DNA of 63,934 nt, the filler included, from an uncultured Methanosarcinales archaeon (GTDB lineage: Archaea; Nanobdellota; Nanobdellia; Woesearchaeales; BS150m-G63): NCBI GenBank assembly GCA_964630685.1. It is 4 parts of 4 records of this genome, joined end to end, with 100 filler letters (N's around TTAATTAATTAA, not from the genome) between each part and the next. Parts side by side here need not be neighbours in the genome. Positions count along the whole stretch, not along the records: positions 37,635 to 61,852 come from CAZVVW010000013.1; positions 61,953 to 63,934 come from CAZVVW010000024.1; 2 more parts are not named here. One strand, 5' to 3'. Position numbers and translations under genes: made by a program. This document shows positions 59,791-63,934 of this stretch, in pieces. The stretch's first letter is position 1. Each line of letters opens with the position of its first letter. The notes beneath the pieces were generated by a model. The model worked only from the letters and a program-made list of their open reading frames with translations, made no database searches and had not been told where the DNA came from.

Positions 59791-61852
59791 TTGGTCTACG
59801 CGAAGTACATAAAGAGAGATGGAAAAAGATTTGGTCCTTACTATTACAAAAGTGTAAGAACTAAAGATGGTAAAGTTAAAAATGTCTATATAGGCACAAA
59901 ATTACCAAAAAAGAAAAAACAAAAACAACAAAAAAAAGTTACCTTACAAAAATTAAATTCAACAACAAACTCTATATCGCCCACAATTTATTCAAGAGTA
60001 TTAGCAATTTCTGCAATCTTAATTATATCCTTATTGTTTCTAAATGTTTATTTTGAAAAAACAGGCATATCTACTTTATCTTCTTTTTCTTTAAGTCAAA
60101 AGTTGCACTACACTTCTTTTACAGGATATGAAAATCCTTCTTTGTTAACAGGTTATACAATTTACGCTGGTGGCGGAGGAAATAATTCTAACATGACTCT
60201 TTGGGATGAGACAGACGAAGATCTTGGAAGTAATGCAACTAAATTCATAAACCACCAAATTGACTTCTTTGTAAATTACGCCAATTCAACAGATGGCGTA
60301 TCTATCAACGGAACAAACATTTCTTGTAAAATCAGATTTAACATAACTGGAACATACACAGATTATATCAACATGAGTTTTAATAATTCTTCTTTGTTGT
60401 ACGAATACAACAGAAGTTTCCAAACCACAGAAACTTTAGATTGGAATGTTTATTGTAATGGCACAGAACAAAGTTATGATAATTTAAATGCAACAGACAC
60501 AACAACTATTTCTACTTTAATTTTAACAAATCCCCAACCAACTACATCTCAAACATCTCAAAGTTTTTTACTTTCCGTAAAATCAAGCGGTGAAGTAAAT
60601 TGCAAATACTCAATTAATCAAAATGTAAGTTATAATGATATGGGCAATTTTATGACAGAAGTAAATGACACAGAAGACTTACATCATGCGCCATTAACAG
60701 TATCATCAGGCGACACCTATAATGTTTATTTTACCTGTAAAGATTTAATTGGAAATAATTATGCCTACTCAAATACTTCTTTTTATGTAGATTCAATAGC
60801 CCCATACATTACAGCAACAGCCCCAGAAGGAACACAAACAACAACTTCAGTGACAATCTACGCAAACACATCAACCAATGCAGACTGTAAATACTCAACA
60901 ACCGACACCAACTTTTCAAACATGGGCGCCACAATGACAGGGGCAGGAACTACAGAGCACAATGCAACACCAACTTCAACACAAGGACTAAACACTTACT
61001 ACATCAGATGTAACGACAGCTTTGGAAACACAATGACAAGTTCTGCTTTAATTCTTTTTGAAGTAGATTCAATCTCACCAACTTCACCCTCATTAATCTC
61101 TCCAGCTAATGATTCTTACCAAAACCAAACACCAACCTTTAGCTGGGGAGCTTCTTCTTCTGCAGTAAACTACACAATAAACATCACAAACAGCACAGAT
61201 GATGTGGTAAACCTAACAACCACAAACCTAACAACATTCACTCCGCAAACACTTTCAGAAGACACTTATACCTGGAAAGTTAGAGCAACAGATTCAGCAG
61301 GAAACACAGGCGATTGGTCAACATTAAGAACTTTCATAATAGACACTTCAGCACCACCTCTATCAAATCCATTACCCTTAACAAATCAATCATCAAGAAC
61401 TTTCTTGGTTTCAGTCAATGGCTCAGAAACAGGATTAACATGTAAATTTGATCCAACCATTTCAACTTATGATGAGATGGGCTATTACATGACAGACTTA
61501 GGCACAAACATTTATCAGTCATACTTAACAGTTCCATCAGATGGTTCATACACAATTTATTTTGCTTGCCAAGATTCAGCAGGAAACATAGAAACAACAA
61601 ACACAGGAGAATTTAATGTTGATTCAATAGCCCCATATATTACAGCAACCTCTCCATTAGGATTACAAAATAGCACATCAACCACAATTTATTCAAATAC
61701 TTCAACATCAGCAACTTGTAAATATTCAACAACCGACACCAACTTTTCAAACATGGGCGCCACAATGACAGGGGCAGGAACTACAGAGCACAATGCAACA
61801 CCAACTTCAACACAAGGACTAAACACTTACTACATCAGATGTAACGACAGCT
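59791..61852 (+). CDS. Surface protein with basic N-terminal domain, TM and Ig/FN3-like repeats; truncated at contig end
   Basis: GAGGT RBS + TTG start; YxKxIKxxGKxFGPYYYxSxR motif; identical 127-bp repeat 60895-61021/61726-61852 at the break. Confidence 0.75.
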
Positions 61853-61952
61853 NNNNNNNNNNNNNNNNNNNNNNNNNNNNNNNNNNNNNNNNNNNNTTAA
61901 TTAATTAANNNNNNNNNNNNNNNNNNNNNNNNNNNNNNNNNNNNNNNNNNNN
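61853..61952. other. Artificial contig linker
   Basis: N/TTAATTAATTAA/N. Confidence 0.98.
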
Positions 61953-62010
61953 AAAAAATTATTTTTAATTAACTATATACACAAAAACTTAAATTTAAAG
62001 GAGATTTGAA

Positions 62011-63273
62011 ATGGCTGAAAACAAAGCAGCATTAGACGCTCAAAAAAAAGGTTTTTTGCAAATACTCACTGCAATAATAGAATACTTTACAACCCCAACA
62101 TTATTTGCTTTTATCTGCTGGGCTTTACCTCCGATAACAATATGTTTCGGTTTATCTTTGTTTTTTGAATTAAATAATATTACGTATATCACTATTATTA
62201 TAGTAGGATTTTTTGCCTTTGCCGGAACTTTTCTAAGCTATTTTTCTTTTGAAGTTCCTAGCTACACAGCAATAAATATGTACCATTACTATAATGGAGA
62301 TATATTTACATATTTCCCTGGATTTTATTTCAAATATCCTTGGTTAGTTCTTAACAACAAAGAAACCAGTATTATTGAAATAAAATCTATAGAAATAAGT
62401 CTTGAAGAAGATTATCCTGCTAAAGATGGAGTTCCTATGTTAGCCAAAGGAACAATGGAACTTAGACCAGATCCCCACAATGCTGAGATATTTGAAGGAT
62501 TAACAGAAGAAATAATCAATAAAGCAATGAAAGAGACTTTCAGTGCTAGACTTTCAACAATAGTTGCCAAAGGAATTTCTACTGAATTAAGAGGAGATAC
62601 AGATCTTATAGAAAAAGATTTAGAAGAAATCTTTGGTGTTGATTTAAGGAAAGAAGAAAAAGAAAAAAGGAGGAGAAAGAGAATAAATGAAAACTTTTTT
62701 TCACAAAGAAAAACAACTCCACTAGAAAGATCTTATGGAATAATTTGTGAAAGAGTCACTATTTCTGATTTTGATTACCATCCTGATTACCAAAAAGTAT
62801 TAACTGATCAAAAAGCAACTGAAAATTTAAAAGAAATAGCCTTACAGCATTTTTTAGACAATGGTGGAAAAGCTGAAGTTAAAAAGGTGTACAAAAAAAG
62901 AGTAATAACTGAAGAATTTTTGTCAACCAAAATCAAAAATGCAGGTTTTTCTCTAAAAATCTTTAGAATTTTGTCTAAAATGGGAGCTCAAACTATTAAG
63001 GACCTCTTATCTTTAAATGAAGCTAATTTATTTTCTATTGATGGCTTTGACACAAAAGACGCAGAAGAAATTAAGAATAATCTTTTTTATACCAAAGAAT
63101 TGGAATCTACGTCAATAAAAGTTACGAAAAAAGGCTTGAAAACAATGCCAGAATGTTTTAATTTTGCCTTAGAATCAACAGGAAAAGTCAAAACTACTCA
63201 TTTTAAAAATATGGGAGATGGGAGCAAAATTAAACCCGTAGTAGATCCAACTATTTCTGAAGGAGGTCAATAA
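62011..63273 (+). CDS. SPFH/Band-7-like membrane protein with inserted RNAP alpha-CTD-like domain
   Basis: Two TMs, PGFYFKYPW, AKDGVP, YGI.xxxVTISD; then FSLKIFRILSKMGAQTIKDLLSLNEANLFSIDGFDTKDAEEI. Confidence 0.65.
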   Translation: MAENKAALDAQKKGFLQILTAIIEYFTTPTLFAFICWALPPITICFGLSLFFELNNITYITIIIVGFFAFAGTFLSYFSFEVPSYTAINMYHYYNGDIFTYFPGFYFKYPWLVLNNKETSIIEIKSIEISLEEDYPAKDGVPMLAKGTMELRPDPHNAEIFEGLTEEIINKAMKETFSARLSTIVAKGISTELRGDTDLIEKDLEEIFGVDLRKEEKEKRRRKRINENFFSQRKTTPLERSYGIICERVTISDFDYHPDYQKVLTDQKATENLKEIALQHFLDNGGKAEVKKVYKKRVITEEFLSTKIKNAGFSLKIFRILSKMGAQTIKDLLSLNEANLFSIDGFDTKDAEEIKNNLFYTKELESTSIKVTKKGLKTMPECFNFALESTGKVKTTHFKNMGDGSKIKPVVDPTISEGGQ

Positions 63274-63707
63274 TGGCAACTATGTCACAAAAAACTCATA
63301 AAAATATCTTATTTGGGATCGCTGTATTTTTTCTTTTTGGTTTTGTTTGTTATAAAGGTTACTCTTATCTAAAACAAGACAAAATCATAAAGAAAAAAAC
63401 TTCTGTACAGAAACTTTCAACTCAAACTAATTATGTAATGGGTTGGACAACAAAAACAGACTCATTAATAGCCAATGTAGAAAAAATTAAGTTTGATGCA
63501 AAAGGAGAAATACTTGAAATGATATCTTATTCTCGCCGAACTGGAGTAAGAGCAATATTTAAAAGAATGTTTGCTGATCAAAAAGGGGAATATCACCAAC
63601 CTGGAGAAATCGGAATATGGTATCTTAAAAAAAGTTCCTATGGACACATAGGAACTATGTGGGACGACAAAGGAAAAAAAGCTACTTTTTTTGTCCAGAA
63701 AAAATAA
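63273..63707 (+). CDS. Hypothetical membrane-anchored protein
   Basis: GGAGG RBS, TAATG coupling, N-terminal TM. Confidence 0.7.
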   Translation: MATMSQKTHKNILFGIAVFFLFGFVCYKGYSYLKQDKIIKKKTSVQKLSTQTNYVMGWTTKTDSLIANVEKIKFDAKGEILEMISYSRRTGVRAIFKRMFADQKGEYHQPGEIGIWYLKKSSYGHIGTMWDDKGKKATFFVQKK

Positions 63708-63719
63708 ACCCAAAAAAAC

Positions 63720-63751
63720 AGAGAAACGAATTATTCGTTTCTCTTTTTTTT
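63720..63751 (+). terminator. Intrinsic (bacterial-style) terminator
   Basis: AGAGAAACGAA-TTA-TTCGTTTCTCT followed by a T-run and preceded by an A-run. Confidence 0.75.
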
Positions 63752-63934
63752 AATTTGCTGAATACAACTTTAAAATTCTTAAGAAATCCGACTCCTCCTA
63801 AGACGGACAGGTTCAGTAATGATTAAACAACACTCAACGACTAAAGATTACAGCTATCTTAATTAAGAGGCCGGACTTAATTTACTTAAGACTAGTAATT
63901 GTTCCGTCAATTACAGATGATAATAATTGAGCTC

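Noticed and set aside
63780..63934. TCAACGACTA resembling a group I intron R element
   Set aside because: No matching S element or host gene is visible; the final ~50 bp could equally be the 3' end of a minus-strand gene cut by the window.

Overview
AT-rich window, most likely from a DPANN archaeal (Woesearchaeota-like) draft genome. Evidence: archaeal EF-1alpha-rpS10-tRNA-Ser operon, Taw1, Pth2, intron-containing tRNAs, tandem Lrp/AsnC regulators and giant N-glycosylation-rich surface proteins. It is not one molecule: four contigs (1-8885, 8986-37534, 37635-61852, 61953-63934) are joined by N/TTAATTAATTAA linkers, and there are two internal N gaps. Contig 1 holds the most unusual signal: an array of accessory genes, each enclosed by nested ('Russian-doll') short perfect inverted repeats. 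The units are joined by miniature attC-like hairpins (RYYYAACA-TY-stem-TGTTA) and decorated with strand-biased C-GNA-G triloop / tandem-GA hairpins that show covariation. This suggests an undescribed ssDNA-hairpin gene-cassette system; no recombinase is visible in the window. Contig 2 is a surface-protein cluster with an embedded HEPN-MNT module, followed by bacterial-type MraZ, LysM and Lgt genes and nucleotide-salvage genes. Contig 3 has translation genes, five tRNAs (one with two introns, two with 3'-end duplications) and an Lrp-linked operon encoding an opine dehydrogenase, B12-binding mutase-like protein, ATP-grasp ligase and glutamine amidotransferase. Contig 4 encodes an SPFH protein with an RNAP alpha-CTD-like domain and may be bacterial. 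All protein calls come from motif recognition by eye; no searches were run.
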